A DNA stretch of 64,000 bases, taken from contig CBDCQT010000011.1 of assembly GCA_965220745.1 (NCBI GenBank), positions 192,001 to 256,000 on the forward strand. Reading direction: 5' to 3'. This DNA comes from Alphaproteobacteria bacterium. Lineage in GTDB: Bacteria > Pseudomonadota > Alphaproteobacteria > UBA828. The position numbers and the translations under genes are program-made. Positions 18,916-29,680 of this stretch are shown here, piece after piece (within the stretch, counting starts at the first letter, position 1; each line of letters starts with the position of its first letter). Under the pieces are notes generated by a model, which saw only the letters and a program-made list of their open reading frames with translations, did no database searches and was not told the origin of the DNA.

Positions 18916-20646
18916 CTAAACCACGGGCACCGCTTGACCAGAGCGCGGGGCGGTCAGGAAATCCAGATCGCAGCCGCGATCCGCCTGCTCGACATGGGCG
19001 AGGTGGAGCGCGAGATAGCCGCGCTCGGCACCCGCCGGCGGGGGCGGCGGGCGCCACACCGCCCGGCGCGCATCCAATGTCGTTTGCGGCACGTCCAGCG
19101 TGAGCGAACGCCCCTCCACGTCCAGCGTGATCCGATCGCCGTTCTCCACCAGCGCGAGCGGCCCGCCGATGGCGGCCTCCGGCGTCGCGTGGAGCACGAT
19201 GGTGCCGAAGGCGGTGCCGCTCATCCGCGCGTCCGAGAGCCGCACCATGTCGGTCACACCTTGGGTGGCGAGCTTGCGGGGGATTGGGATGTAGCCGGCC
19301 TCGGGCATCCCCGGCGCGCCCTTGGGGCCCGCATTGCGCAGCACCAGCACGTCCTCGGGCGTCACATCCAGGGCTGGATCGTCGACCCGCGCCGTGAGGT
19401 CGGCGACCGAGTCGAACACCACCGCGCGCCCGGTGTGCTGGCAGAGCGCGGGAGTCGCCGCCGATTGCTTGATGATGGCGCCGTCCGGCGCAAGGTTGCC
19501 GCGCAGCACCGCGATGCCGCCCTCCCGGTAGATGGGATCGTCCCGCTCGCGCACCACGTCCTGCGGCCAGGGCGCGGGTGCTGCGGCGATCTCCTCGCCG
19601 AGCGTGCGCCCGGTCACGGTCAGGCAGTCGAGGTCGAGCCGGTCCGACAGCGCGCGCAGCACGGGCATGAGCCCGCCGGCCTTGTTCAGATCCTCCATGT
19701 AGTGCTGGCCCGAGGGCTTGAGATCGACCAGCACTGGGGTCTCGCGGCTGAGGCGATCGAGCCGGCCCAGGTCGAGGTCGAAGCCGCAGCGCCCGGCGAC
19801 GGCGGCGAGATGGATTACCGCGTTGGTTGAGCCGCCGACCGCGAGCAATACCGTGAGCGCGTTGGTGAAGGCGGCAGGGGTGAGGATGCGGTCCGGCGTG
19901 AGCCCTTCGGCCGCCAGCACCACGGCGCGCGCGCCGCTCTCTCTCGCGACGCGTTGGCGGTCGGCGAGCACGGCGGGGATCGCAGCGCTCCCCGGCAGCA
20001 TCATGCCGAGCGCTTCCGCCGCGCAGGCCATGGTGCTGGCCGTGCCCATCACCATGCAGGTGCCGGCGGACGGCATGAGCCGGCCGCCGACCTCGGCGAT
20101 CTCGTCCTCGCCGACGCGGCCGCCCCGGTGGGCGCCCCAGTAGCGCCGGCAATCGGTACAAGCGCCGAGCCGCTCGCCCTTGTGGCTGCCGGTCAGCATC
20201 GGCCCCGTGACCAGCTGGATCGCCGGCACGCCCGCGCTCGCCGCCGCCATGAGCTGGGCCGGCACGGTCTTGTCGCAGCCGCCGATCAGCACCACCGCGT
20301 CGATGGGATGGGCGCGGATCATCTCCTCCGTGTCCATCGCCATAAGGTTGCGGAAGAGCATGGTCGTCGGGTGCATGAAGGGCTCGCCCAGCGAAATCGT
20401 GGGAAAGGTCAGTGGCAGCCCGCCGGCGGCAGTCACTCCGCGCTCCACTGCCTCGATCAGGGCCGGCACCGTGCCGTGGCAGCTCACGAGGCCGCTGCCT
20501 GTGTTCGCGATGCCGATGACCGGGCGGTCCAGCTCCGCCTCGGTGTAGCCCATCGACTTGGCGAAGGCCTTGCGCAGAAAGAGCGAGAAGCCGGGATCAC
20601 CGTAGTCGGTGAGCTTGCGCCGGAGCCCGGTAGGCTTCTCCGTCAT
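18916..20646 (-). CDS. IlvD/Edd family dehydratase (dihydroxy-acid / sugar-acid dehydratase)
   Basis: GGCDKT, CMVMGTASTM, GGSTNAVIHL, LRGNLAPDGAIIK, SDARMSGT. Confidence 0.92.
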   Translation of the reverse strand: MTEKPTGLRRKLTDYGDPGFSLFLRKAFAKSMGYTEAELDRPVIGIANTGSGLVSCHGTVPALIEAVERGVTAAGGLPLTFPTISLGEPFMHPTTMLFRNLMAMDTEEMIRAHPIDAVVLIGGCDKTVPAQLMAAASAGVPAIQLVTGPMLTGSHKGERLGACTDCRRYWGAHRGGRVGEDEIAEVGGRLMPSAGTCMVMGTASTMACAAEALGMMLPGSAAIPAVLADRQRVARESGARAVVLAAEGLTPDRILTPAAFTNALTVLLAVGGSTNAVIHLAAVAGRCGFDLDLGRLDRLSRETPVLVDLKPSGQHYMEDLNKAGGLMPVLRALSDRLDLDCLTVTGRTLGEEIAAAPAPWPQDVVRERDDPIYREGGIAVLRGNLAPDGAIIKQSAATPALCQHTGRAVVFDSVADLTARVDDPALDVTPEDVLVLRNAGPKGAPGMPEAGYIPIPRKLATQGVTDMVRLSDARMSGTAFGTIVLHATPEAAIGGPLALVENGDRITLDVEGRSLTLDVPQTTLDARRAVWRPPPPPAGAERGYLALHLAHVEQADRGCDLDFLTAPRSGQAVPVV

Positions 20647-20683
20647 GTTGGCCTCCGCCGCTGGGTGAGCCTTGCCCCGGCCG

Positions 20684-21454
20684 TCACTCGGGCACGAGCC
20701 CGCAGCTCACGCCGCCGTCGATGGTGAGCGCGATGCCGGTGATCCAGCGCGCCTCGTCCGAGGCGAGGTAGACGAAGCCACCTGCGATGTCCGCCGGGTC
20801 GCCCACGCCGAGCGGATGCAGCCGCGCCAGCCGCTCCTTGAAGCCCTCCGGGTCATCGAGTTGGGAGAGGTGATAGTCCACCATCGGCGTCTGCACCCAG
20901 CCGGGGCAGACGCAGTTGACCCTGATCTGGTCCTTGGCGCCGTCGAGCGCGAGGCACTTGGTCAGCATGACGACGGCGCCCTTGGAGGTGGCGTAGGCCA
21001 TCTGCCCCGGCGTGCCGATGAGGCCAGCGACCGAGGCGGTGTTGAGGATCGCGCCGCCGCCCCGCTCGCGCATATGACCCCAGACCGCCTTGGCGCCCCG
21101 GTAGATGCTGGTGACGTTGACATCCATCTGGCGGTCCCAGTCGGCGCGCTCGACCTCTTCGACGCTGCCGATCACCGCCTGGCCCGCGTTATTGACGAGG
21201 ATATCGACGTGGCCGAGAGCCTCGATGGCGGCCACCGCCATGCCGGCCACGTCGTCGTCCCGCATGACGTCGGCCTCGATGGCGACGGCGTTGCCGCCCG
21301 CCGCTTCGATCGCGCGCACGGTGGCGACGTTGTCGTCGGCGCTGAGCCCCGCGCAGGCCACCGCCGCGCCTTCCTTGGCGAAGCGCAGCGCCGTGGCCCG
21401 GCCAATGCCCGAGCCCGCGCCCGTGACGATCGCGGTCTTGCCCGCGAGCCTCAT
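20684..21454 (-). CDS. Short-chain dehydrogenase/reductase
   Basis: [12 protein letters not shown] and YATSK. GGAG RBS before ATG 21454. Confidence 0.9.
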   Translation of the reverse strand: MRLAGKTAIVTGAGSGIGRATALRFAKEGAAVACAGLSADDNVATVRAIEAAGGNAVAIEADVMRDDDVAGMAVAAIEALGHVDILVNNAGQAVIGSVEEVERADWDRQMDVNVTSIYRGAKAVWGHMRERGGGAILNTASVAGLIGTPGQMAYATSKGAVVMLTKCLALDGAKDQIRVNCVCPGWVQTPMVDYHLSQLDDPEGFKERLARLHPLGVGDPADIAGGFVYLASDEARWITGIALTIDGGVSCGLVPE

Positions 21455-21573
21455 GTGTCTCCGCCCGTCCTCATGGCCGGCGCAGGATAGCCCGGCGCCC
21501 CGGAGCCCGCGAGGGTTGACTCCGCGCCCCGCCAGCCGATAGGCCGGGCCGTGAACGGGACGGGTTGGAGGCG

Positions 21574-22386
21574 ATGAGGCTGGAGGGAAAGACCGCCGTC
21601 GTGACCGGCGGCGGGCGCGGCATCGGGCGCGAGATCGGCCGCCGCTTCGCCGCCGAGGGCGCGCACGTGCTGCTCGCCGACATCGACGGCAAGCGCGCAG
21701 AGGCCGCGGCCGCGGAGATCGGCGCGGCGGGCGGCCAGGCGACGCCCTGCACCGCCGACGTCGGCCTGCCGGAGGGCGTCCGGCACATGTACGAGACCGC
21801 CCAGGGCTGCTTCGGCGCACGCCTCGACATCCTCATCAACAACGCCGGTATCGCCCATCACGGCGCCTTCCTCGAGCTTTCGTTCGAGGACTGGGAGCGC
21901 GTGCTGCGCAACAACCTGACCAGTTCCTTCCTCTGCGCCCAGGGCGCCGCACGCATCATGGCGGCGCAGGGCGGCGGGCGGATCGTCAACATCGGATCGA
22001 TTTCGGGCCAGCGCGGCAGCTACGGGCGCACCGCCTACGGCGTCACCAAGGCGGGCATTCACCAGATGACGCGGATCATGGCGGTGGAGCTCGGCCCGCG
22101 CGGCATCGCGGTCAACGCCATAGCGCCTGGCCCCATCGATACCGGCATCACCAGCATGGGGCCGGATCAGGAGCGCCGCTACCTGGAGCGGATCCCGCTG
22201 GAGCGCTTCGGCCACGCCCGCGACATCGCGGGCACGGCGCTCTTCCTCGCGAGCGACGACGCGGCGTACCTTACCGGCAGCGTCGTCAACGTGGACGGCG
22301 GCTTCGACGCCGCCGGCCTCATCTTCAGCTACACGGAACTCACCACGGTGAAGAGCGATGTCCGAGACTCCTCCAAGAGCGACTGA
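21574..22386 (+). CDS. Short-chain dehydrogenase/reductase
   Basis: TGGGRGIG, NNAG and YGVTK. GGAGG RBS. Confidence 0.9.
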   Translation: MRLEGKTAVVTGGGRGIGREIGRRFAAEGAHVLLADIDGKRAEAAAAEIGAAGGQATPCTADVGLPEGVRHMYETAQGCFGARLDILINNAGIAHHGAFLELSFEDWERVLRNNLTSSFLCAQGAARIMAAQGGGRIVNIGSISGQRGSYGRTAYGVTKAGIHQMTRIMAVELGPRGIAVNAIAPGPIDTGITSMGPDQERRYLERIPLERFGHARDIAGTALFLASDDAAYLTGSVVNVDGGFDAAGLIFSYTELTTVKSDVRDSSKSD

Positions 22387-22390
22387 GCCG

Positions 22391-23143
22391 ATGAAAATCA
22401 AGGGATGCGAGGCCTTCGTCACCGGCGCCGCCGGCGGTATCGGCACGCCCCTGGTAGCGGCGCTGGCCGAGCGCGGCGCCCAGCGCATTCACGCCGTCGA
22501 CCTGGCGCAACCGCTTGCGAAGGCGGCGTTTCCGGAACGTGCGGGCGTGGAGCCGCTTGCCCTCGACGTGACCGACGAGGCAGCGGTCCAGCGCGCCGCA
22601 GAGCAGTGCACGGGCGTCACGCTGGTCATCAACAACGCCGCCATCGTCGCCTGGGAGGGCGTGATGAGCGCGCCCACCCTCTCCACCGCCCGCACCGTGT
22701 TCGAGATCAACTACTGGGGTTATCTGCACGTGGCCCGCGCGTTTGCCCCGGTGCTGGCGCGGAACGGCGGCGGCGCGATGGCCAACGTGCTTTCCGAGGT
22801 AGCGCGGGTGAACGCGCCCTTCTGCGGCTCCTATTCCGCGAGCAAGGCGGCGGTCTGGTCCGCCACCCAGTGCATGCGGGCCGAGCTCGCTGCCCAGGGC
22901 ACCCACGTGCTCGCGGTCTTCCCGAGTTCGACCGACACCCCGATGATTGCGGGATTCGGCGGCGAGAAGCAGCCGCCGGAAGCGGTCGCTGAGGGCATTT
23001 GCGACGCGCTGGAGGAAGGCGTGGAGGACGTCTGCATCGGCGCCCATTCGCTCTATACCGAGGCGCTAATGCGGAACGATCCCAAGGCTGGGGAGCACGA
23101 GTTCGGGGCCATGCTGCCCGGCGCCGACGCTATCCCCGACTAG
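22391..23143 (+). CDS. Short-chain dehydrogenase/reductase
   Basis: TGAAGGIG, NNAA and YSASK. Starts a few nt after the previous stop. Confidence 0.88.
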   Translation: MKIKGCEAFVTGAAGGIGTPLVAALAERGAQRIHAVDLAQPLAKAAFPERAGVEPLALDVTDEAAVQRAAEQCTGVTLVINNAAIVAWEGVMSAPTLSTARTVFEINYWGYLHVARAFAPVLARNGGGAMANVLSEVARVNAPFCGSYSASKAAVWSATQCMRAELAAQGTHVLAVFPSSTDTPMIAGFGGEKQPPEAVAEGICDALEEGVEDVCIGAHSLYTEALMRNDPKAGEHEFGAMLPGADAIPD

Positions 23144-23175
23144 ACTCAGCATTGCGGAAGCGACAGCAGGCTCGC

Positions 23176-23235
23176 TATTCAAATTTACGCTCTAAAATTG
23201 AATAATGCAGCGGGCAATTGAGGAAACTTGAATAA
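23176..23235. promoter_or_regulatory. AT-rich inverted and direct repeat (candidate operator) upstream of the fic gene
   Basis: TATTCAA (23176-23182) and TTGAATA (23198-23204) are inverted repeats; a further TTGAATAA lies at 23228-23235. Confidence 0.5.
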
Positions 23236-23247
23236 GGTGGCACCGCC

Positions 23248-24411
23248 ATGCAGCGCGGGGAGGCCGGCAGGTACGAGAGCACGACCATAGGTGGCGAGCA
23301 AGTTCGCGCCTTCGTGCCGCTGCCTCTGCCGCCAAACCCTGCCTTGGCGCTGGATGGCTCTCTGCAACGCGCGCTCGAGGCCGCCACGCTCGCCCTCGGG
23401 CGGCTCGACGCGATCTCGACGCTGCTGCCCGACGACGCCATCTTCCTCTACGCCTATGTGCGCAAGGAGGCGGTGCTGACCTCCCAGATCGAGGGCACAC
23501 AGTCCACACTGTCAGACCTTCTGCTGTTCGAGCTGGAGGAGGCGCCCGGCGTTCCAGTCGAGGACGTCGTCGAGGTTTCGAACTATGTGGCAGCCCTCGA
23601 TCATGGCTTACGTCGGCTTGAGGAGGGCTTTCCGCTCAGCAATCGGCTGATCCGCGAGATTCACCGAGTCTTGCTGTCTCGCGGCCGAGGAAGCGGCAAG
23701 GCGCCGGGCGAATTTCGCCGCTCCCAGAATTGGATCGGCGGCACGCGGCCCGGCAACGCTGAATTCGTGCCGCCGCCCCACACCGCCGTGCCCGATTGCA
23801 TGGCATCGCTCGAACACTTCTGCCATGCGGACGACGAGATGCCCGTCCTCCTCCGCGCAGGACTGGCACATATCCAGTTCGAGACCATCCATCCCTTCCT
23901 GGACGGCAACGGGCGTGTGGGACGACTGCTGATCACACTCCTGCTCTGCAATGCGGGTGTGCTACGCCAGCCTCTCCTCTACCTGAGCCTCTACTTCAAG
24001 CAACGCCGCAGCGAGTACTACGACCTGTTGAACCACATACGGCGCACCGGCGACTGGGAAGAGTGGCTCGCTTTCTTTCTCGAAGGTGTGCGGGTCACGG
24101 CCGAGGGTGCGGTCGTCACCTCCCGCCGCTTGGTTGACATGTTCGCATCGGATCGGACCGCTATAGAACGGCATGTTGGCCGCCGCGCGGGCTCGGCACT
24201 GCGCGTGCACGACGCATTGAAGGCGCGGCCAATCGCGTCGCTGCCTCAGGTCTGCACAGACACGAGCCTATCGTTCCCGACTGCATCCGCCGCGATGCAG
24301 TCACTCGTAGAACAGGGCATCGCACGCGAACTGACTGGTAGGACCCGCAACAGAAAGTTCGCCTACGACCGCTACCTCTCCATCCTTGCTGAAGGAACCG
24401 AGGTGCCCTGA
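23248..24411 (+). CDS. Fic family protein with N-terminal inhibitory motif and probable C-terminal wHTH
   Basis: HPFLDGNGRVGR catalytic motif, TSQIEG inhibitory (S/T)xxxEG motif, FRRSQNWIGG. Confidence 0.93.
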   Translation: MQRGEAGRYESTTIGGEQVRAFVPLPLPPNPALALDGSLQRALEAATLALGRLDAISTLLPDDAIFLYAYVRKEAVLTSQIEGTQSTLSDLLLFELEEAPGVPVEDVVEVSNYVAALDHGLRRLEEGFPLSNRLIREIHRVLLSRGRGSGKAPGEFRRSQNWIGGTRPGNAEFVPPPHTAVPDCMASLEHFCHADDEMPVLLRAGLAHIQFETIHPFLDGNGRVGRLLITLLLCNAGVLRQPLLYLSLYFKQRRSEYYDLLNHIRRTGDWEEWLAFFLEGVRVTAEGAVVTSRRLVDMFASDRTAIERHVGRRAGSALRVHDALKARPIASLPQVCTDTSLSFPTASAAMQSLVEQGIARELTGRTRNRKFAYDRYLSILAEGTEVP

Positions 24412-24454
24412 TGCTACGCATACCAAGACCATGACCGCGGCGAGGGGAAGTGCC

Positions 24455-25291
24455 ATGATGCGGACCGTGAGATTGCCGGGCGGCGACGAGGTGGTGGCCC
24501 TCGGCCAGGGCACGTGGCGCATGGGCGAGCGCCGGGCGGCGCGCAAGGACGAAGTGGCGGCGCTTCAGCACGGCATCGCCTGCGGCATGACGCTCATCGA
24601 CACGGCGGAGATGTACGGCTCCGGCGGCGCTGAGAAGGTGATCGGCGAAGCCATCCGCGGGCAGCGCGACAAGGTCTACCTGGTGAGCAAGGTTCTGCCG
24701 TCGAACGCCGGGCGCAAGCGCATGGTCCGCGCTTGTGAGAAGAGCCTGAAGTGCCTCGGCACCGACTATCTCGACCTCTACCTGCTGCACTGGCGCAGCG
24801 GCACGTCCCTCGACGAGACCGTCGAAGGCTTCCTCGCGCTGCAGGAAGCCGGCAAGATCCGCCGCTTCGGGGTCAGTAATTTCGACGTCGACGACATGGA
24901 AGAGCTGTGGGAGACCCCGGACGGCCAAGGCTGCCAGACCAACCAGATCCTTTACAACCTGACGCGGCGCTGGCCGGAGGCGTCGCTCATGCCGTGGTCC
25001 CGGCGCAACGGCCAACCGCTCATGATCTATTCGCCGCTGGAGCAGGGCCGGCTGCCGGCGGGCGGTGCGCTCGGCGCCATCGCCGCCGCCCGCGGCGTGA
25101 CTGCGATGCAGGTGGCGCTCGCCTGGGTGCTGCGGCACGAGGACCTGTTCGTCGTGCCCAAGGCGAGCCGCATCGCCCACGTCGATGCGAATCTGGGCGC
25201 GCTCGACATCGCGCTCACCGGCGACGAGCTTGCCGCGCTGGATGAGGCGTTTCCGCCGCCGGCCGGCACCGCACCCCTCGAAATCCTATAG
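24455..25291 (+). CDS. Aldo/keto reductase
   Basis: LGQGTW, IDTAEMYG, LDLYLLHW, GVSNF, YSPL. Confidence 0.92.
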   Translation: MMRTVRLPGGDEVVALGQGTWRMGERRAARKDEVAALQHGIACGMTLIDTAEMYGSGGAEKVIGEAIRGQRDKVYLVSKVLPSNAGRKRMVRACEKSLKCLGTDYLDLYLLHWRSGTSLDETVEGFLALQEAGKIRRFGVSNFDVDDMEELWETPDGQGCQTNQILYNLTRRWPEASLMPWSRRNGQPLMIYSPLEQGRLPAGGALGAIAAARGVTAMQVALAWVLRHEDLFVVPKASRIAHVDANLGALDIALTGDELAALDEAFPPPAGTAPLEIL

Positions 25292-25313
25292 GGAGTGCTG
25301 GGGCGCAGGAGCG

Positions 25314-26204
25314 TCAGTCGCCCTGGCCGATCATCTTCATGATGCCGGAGAAGTCGTCCGCCCCGTTGCCTGCGTTGCAGAAGAGCGTGTAGAGCGCCGC
25401 CGCCTCCGCGCCGAGCGGCGATGCCGCGCCGGCCGAGGCCGCGGCGGTCTGGGCGAGGCGCAGGTCCTTCAGCATCATGGCCGCCGTGAAGCCCGGCGCG
25501 TAGTCGCGGTTGGACGGCGCGTTCGGCACCGGCCCCGGCACCGGGCAGTAGGAGGTGAGCGCCCAGCACTGGCCGGTCGCCTTGGAGACGATGTCGAAGA
25601 GGGTCTGGCGCTCCAGCCCGAGCCGGTCCGCCATCCCGAAGGCCTCGCAGACCCCGATCATCGAGACCGCGAGGATCAGGTTGTTGCAGACCTTGGCGGT
25701 CTGGCCGGCACCGGAGGAGCCCGCATGGATCACCGCCTTGCCCATGTCGCCCAGCACCGGCCGGGAACGCTCCACCGCCTCGGTTTCGCCGCCCACCATG
25801 AAGGTGAGCGTGCCCGCTGCGGCGCCCGCGACACCGCCAGAAACCGGAGAATCCAGCAGCGCCCAGCCACCTTCCGCCGCCGTCGCGGCGACCGCGCGGG
25901 CGGTATCCACGTCGATGGTCGAGCAATCGATCAGCAGCGTGCCGGGCGCCGCCACCGAGAGCACGCCGCCCTCGCCGCGATAGACCTCCGACACCTCGGC
26001 GCCGGAGGGAAGCATGGTGATGACCACCTCGCGCCCCGCTGCAGCCTCGGCCACCGTGCTCGCCGTTACACAACCTGCCTCTCGGGCCCTCTCCACGGCA
26101 TCCGCGCTGATGTCGAAGGCGGAGACGGCGTGGCCGGCCTTCGCCAGATTGGCGGCCATCGGCCCTCCCATGTTGCCGAGCCCGATGAAACCCACTTCAG
26201 CCAT
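25314..26204 (-). CDS. mmsB: 3-hydroxyisobutyrate dehydrogenase
   Basis: GFIGLGNMGGPMA, DSPVSGG, AKVCNN, YCPVPGPVP, GFTAAMMLKDL. Confidence 0.92.
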   Translation of the reverse strand: MAEVGFIGLGNMGGPMAANLAKAGHAVSAFDISADAVERAREAGCVTASTVAEAAAGREVVITMLPSGAEVSEVYRGEGGVLSVAAPGTLLIDCSTIDVDTARAVAATAAEGGWALLDSPVSGGVAGAAAGTLTFMVGGETEAVERSRPVLGDMGKAVIHAGSSGAGQTAKVCNNLILAVSMIGVCEAFGMADRLGLERQTLFDIVSKATGQCWALTSYCPVPGPVPNAPSNRDYAPGFTAAMMLKDLRLAQTAAASAGAASPLGAEAAALYTLFCNAGNGADDFSGIMKMIGQGD

Positions 26205-26257
26205 GTCGAAATCTCCCTCCCGCATCCGTCAGCGACTGGGATGCCGCTGGCGGCCTT

Positions 26258-27325
26258 TCACCACGTCATGTCGCCCTTGGGCGGCTCCTCGAAATAGGCA
26301 TCGACCGCCGCCGCCGTCACTTCCTCCAGGCACGCCGGGCGCCAGGCCGGGTTGCGGTCTTTGTCGACGATTTGGGCGCGGATGCCCTCGAAGAAGTCGA
26401 AGCCCAAGTTGCAGTGCATGGCGAGGCGGTATTCCAGCGCCATCGCCTCCTCGAAGTCCCGCTCGCCGTACTCCGTGAGCTGTTTGTATGAGACCTTGAG
26501 GCTGGTCGGCGATTTCTGGAGGAGCGTCGCGAGCGTCTCCGCCGCCCAGTCCGAGCCCTCGGCCTCGAGGTTGGTGACGGTCTCCTCCACCGAGCCCGCA
26601 TCGAAGCAGCGGTCGATCGCCGCCTGATGCGCGGCGAGAGGGGCCGGTCCTAGGTCTGCGGCGCTCTCCGCCAGCATTCGGTCGACGGCCGCGTGCGCGT
26701 CGCCGCCGAGGTCCGCCGCCAGCAGAGTCTCGTCCAGCGCCTGCAGGGCGTCGCTCGCCACCACGTGGGACGCGAGCCCCAAGTAGAGCGAATCCGCCGC
26801 GCCGATGCGCGCACCGGTGAGGCCGAGATAGAGCCCGGCTTTGCCCCTGAGCCTGGGCAGAAAGTACGTCGCGCCGACATCGGGGAAGAGCCCGATCCCT
26901 GTCTCCGGCATGGCGAAGAGCGCGCGCTCGGTCATCACGCGGTGCGAGCCGTGGATCGAGATACCGACGCCGCCCCCCATGACCACGCCGTCGATCAGCG
27001 CGACGTAGGGCTTGGGATAGCGGAAGACGAAAGTGTTGAGCCGGTATTCCTGGGCGTAGAAGACCGTGGCGAAGTCGCGCTCCGGATCGTCCCGCTCACC
27101 GTAGAGGAGGCGGATGTCGCCGCCGGCGCAGAAGGGCACGCGCCCGTCCTCCCGCGCCGCGCCGCGAATGACCACGGCGGCGATCGCGGGGTCCTCCGCC
27201 CACTCCTTGAGCCTCGCGTCGAGGTCCAGCACCATCGGCTGGGTCAGCGCGTTCAGCGCCTTGGGCCGGTTCAGCGTGACACTGCCGACCCGGCCCTTCC
27301 GTTCCAGGATGATCTCGTCGCTCAC
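26258..27325 (-). CDS. 3-hydroxyisobutyryl-CoA hydrolase (enoyl-CoA hydratase family)
   Basis: LNRPKALNAL, FCAGGDI, AMPETGIGLFPDVG, EGIRAQIVDKDRNPAW. Operon context. Confidence 0.88.
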   Translation of the reverse strand: MSDEIILERKGRVGSVTLNRPKALNALTQPMVLDLDARLKEWAEDPAIAAVVIRGAAREDGRVPFCAGGDIRLLYGERDDPERDFATVFYAQEYRLNTFVFRYPKPYVALIDGVVMGGGVGISIHGSHRVMTERALFAMPETGIGLFPDVGATYFLPRLRGKAGLYLGLTGARIGAADSLYLGLASHVVASDALQALDETLLAADLGGDAHAAVDRMLAESAADLGPAPLAAHQAAIDRCFDAGSVEETVTNLEAEGSDWAAETLATLLQKSPTSLKVSYKQLTEYGERDFEEAMALEYRLAMHCNLGFDFFEGIRAQIVDKDRNPAWRPACLEEVTAAAVDAYFEEPPKGDMTW

Positions 27326-27407
27326 GGTCGCTCCGCCCCGGTCAAATGCCGGCGCATCCTACGGATAAGCCCTCAGTGGGGAAATAGGCGCTTGGTGGTG
27401 TCCCGCG

Positions 27408-28547
27408 TCACTCCGCCAGCAGGCGGCGGGCGATGATGAGGCGCATGATCTCGTTGGTGCCTTCCAGTATCTGGTGGACCCGCAGGTCCCTGAGATGGCG
27501 CTCCACGGGGAAATCCATCAGATAGCCGTAGCCGCCGAGTAGCTGCAGCGCCTGGTTGCAGACCTCGAAGCCCGTGTCCGTGGCGAAGCGCTTGGCCATG
27601 GCGATGGTGGCGGTGGCACCGTCCTCGCGTGCGTCGAGCGCGGCTGCGGCCCGGTGGATCATCAGACGGGCAGCCTCCAGGTTCGTCGCCATGTCGGCGA
27701 GCGTGAACTGCAGCGCCTGGAAGTCGGCGAGCTTGCGGCCGAACTGCTCGCGCTGGAGCAGGTGGTCGCGGGCGATCTCCAGGCTCGCCTGGGCGGCCCC
27801 CAGCGAGCAGGCGCCGATGTTGATGCGCCCGCCGTCGAGGCCCGCCATGGCGATCTTGAAGCCCTGGCCTTCAGAGCCGATGAGGTTTTCGGCCGGCACG
27901 CGGCAATCCTCGAAGATCACCATCGCCGTCGGCTGACTGTGCCAGCCGAGCTTCTTCTCCTGCGCGCCGAAGCCGAGGCCGGGCGTATCGCGTTCGACCG
28001 CGATGCAGGAGATGCCGCCTGGTCCCGGCCCGCCGGTCCGCACCATGCAGACGTAGACATCCGCGTGGCCGCCGCCGGAGATGAAGGCCTTGGTGCCGTT
28101 CAGCACGTAGTGCTCGCCGTCCCGGCGCGCGCTGGCCTTGAGCGAGGCGGCGTCGGAGCCCGAGCCCGGCTCGGTCAGGCAATAGCTCGCGAAGTGCTCC
28201 ATGCTCGCAAGACGCGGCAGGAAGCGCTTGCGCTGGGCCTCGCCGCCGAAGCGGTCGATCATCCAGGACGCCATGTTGTGGATCGAGATATAGGCTGCGG
28301 TCGACGCGCAGCCTCGCGCCAAGCCCTCGAAGATCAGCGCGGCGTCGAGCCGAGTCAGGTTCGACCCGCCGACGTCGTCGCCCACGTAGATGCCGCCGAA
28401 GCCGAGCGACGCGGCCTTGCGCAGCGTCTCCACCGGGAAGGTGCAGTCCCGGTCCCACTGGGGGGCGAAGGGGGCGAGCTCGTTCTCGGCAAAGCTCTGC
28501 GCGAGCTCGCGGAATGCCTCTTGCTCTTCGGAAAGGCTGAAATCCAT
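27408..28547 (-). CDS. Isobutyryl-CoA (acyl-CoA) dehydrogenase
   Basis: [44 protein letters not shown]. Upstream of the hydrolase and mmsB. Confidence 0.9.
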   Translation of the reverse strand: MDFSLSEEQEAFRELAQSFAENELAPFAPQWDRDCTFPVETLRKAASLGFGGIYVGDDVGGSNLTRLDAALIFEGLARGCASTAAYISIHNMASWMIDRFGGEAQRKRFLPRLASMEHFASYCLTEPGSGSDAASLKASARRDGEHYVLNGTKAFISGGGHADVYVCMVRTGGPGPGGISCIAVERDTPGLGFGAQEKKLGWHSQPTAMVIFEDCRVPAENLIGSEGQGFKIAMAGLDGGRINIGACSLGAAQASLEIARDHLLQREQFGRKLADFQALQFTLADMATNLEAARLMIHRAAAALDAREDGATATIAMAKRFATDTGFEVCNQALQLLGGYGYLMDFPVERHLRDLRVHQILEGTNEIMRLIIARRLLAE

Positions 28548-28554
28548 GACCGGC

Positions 28555-29649
28555 CTAACTTAGCGAGCGCCGGCGCACCTGGGCGAGACGAAATATCAGG
28601 GGGGCCACGATCACGATCAGCATGATCCGCGCGATGTGATGGGTCGAGACGAAGGCGGCGGCGCTCCCCATGGTGAGCGCGATCAGGCTCATCTCGGCAA
28701 GCCCACCGGGGGCGAACGCGAGGAACAGGACCGGACCCGACTGGCCCGCGACGGCGGCGAGGCCGTAGGCCGCGCCGGCCGTGACCAGCACCATCATCAC
28801 CCCCACCAGCCCAGCCAGCAGCATGATTCGCCTAAGCTCGCTGAACGCCATGCCTACGAAGCGCGCCCCGATGGCGCCGCCGAGAACCACCTGGGCGGCC
28901 GCGATCAGCTCGCCCGGCGGCTGCGCCGAGACCAGCCCGCTCAGGTGTAGGGCGGCGCTCAGCACCATCGGCCCCACCAGTTGCGCCGCCGGCACCTTGA
29001 GCGCCTTCGCTGCCGGGTAGCCCACCAGCGCACAGGCGATCAGTGCGAGGATGTCGATCCAGTCTGCCGCCTCGCCAGCGGGCACCGGCAGCCCCACCGG
29101 GGCAACGCCCTCGACCAGCCGGAAGTAGAAGGCGATCAGGAAGACAGCGACGAGGATGCGGGTGGCGTGGGTGAGCGAGATCGTGCGCCCGTCGCCGCCC
29201 ATGCTCTCGCCCAGCACCATCATCTCGCTGAGCCCGCCCGGCATCGACGAGAAGTAGGCGGACACCCGGTCGTAGCCCCCCAGCTTGCGGAAGACGACAT
29301 AGGCCATGCCCGCCGCTAACGCCGTGGAGAGCACCACGCCCGAGAGGCCCACGTACCACTCCGCGATCCGGCCGAAGAGGTCGATGGTGAACTGGCTGCC
29401 CAGCAGCACGCCGAGGATCGCGATCATGACGTTGCGGACCTGGGCGGGGACCATGATCGGCGCCCCGGCGAGCGCCGCCCCTGTCGCCACGGTCATGGCG
29501 CCCAGCATCCAGGGCAGCGGCAGCGCTAGCGCAAAGAAGATTGCCCCGCCGACGGTGCCGAGGCCGACGGCCAGCGCGAAGCGCAAGCCGGCGATGCGCA
29601 GCCGCGCGGCCTGCCAGCGCGGGCCAAATGGGATGTCGAACGGTTTCAC
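28555..29649 (-). CDS. AbrB-family membrane protein
   Basis: Duplicated hydrophobic halves with PLPWMLG and PGGLSEM / PGGLAEM motifs. Confidence 0.85.
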   Translation of the reverse strand: MKPFDIPFGPRWQAARLRIAGLRFALAVGLGTVGGAIFFALALPLPWMLGAMTVATGAALAGAPIMVPAQVRNVMIAILGVLLGSQFTIDLFGRIAEWYVGLSGVVLSTALAAGMAYVVFRKLGGYDRVSAYFSSMPGGLSEMMVLGESMGGDGRTISLTHATRILVAVFLIAFYFRLVEGVAPVGLPVPAGEAADWIDILALIACALVGYPAAKALKVPAAQLVGPMVLSAALHLSGLVSAQPPGELIAAAQVVLGGAIGARFVGMAFSELRRIMLLAGLVGVMMVLVTAGAAYGLAAVAGQSGPVLFLAFAPGGLAEMSLIALTMGSAAAFVSTHHIARIMLIVIVAPLIFRLAQVRRRSLS

Positions 29650-29680
29650 GGGCCGCCCCCGGCTCGCGGCGTTACACCCC

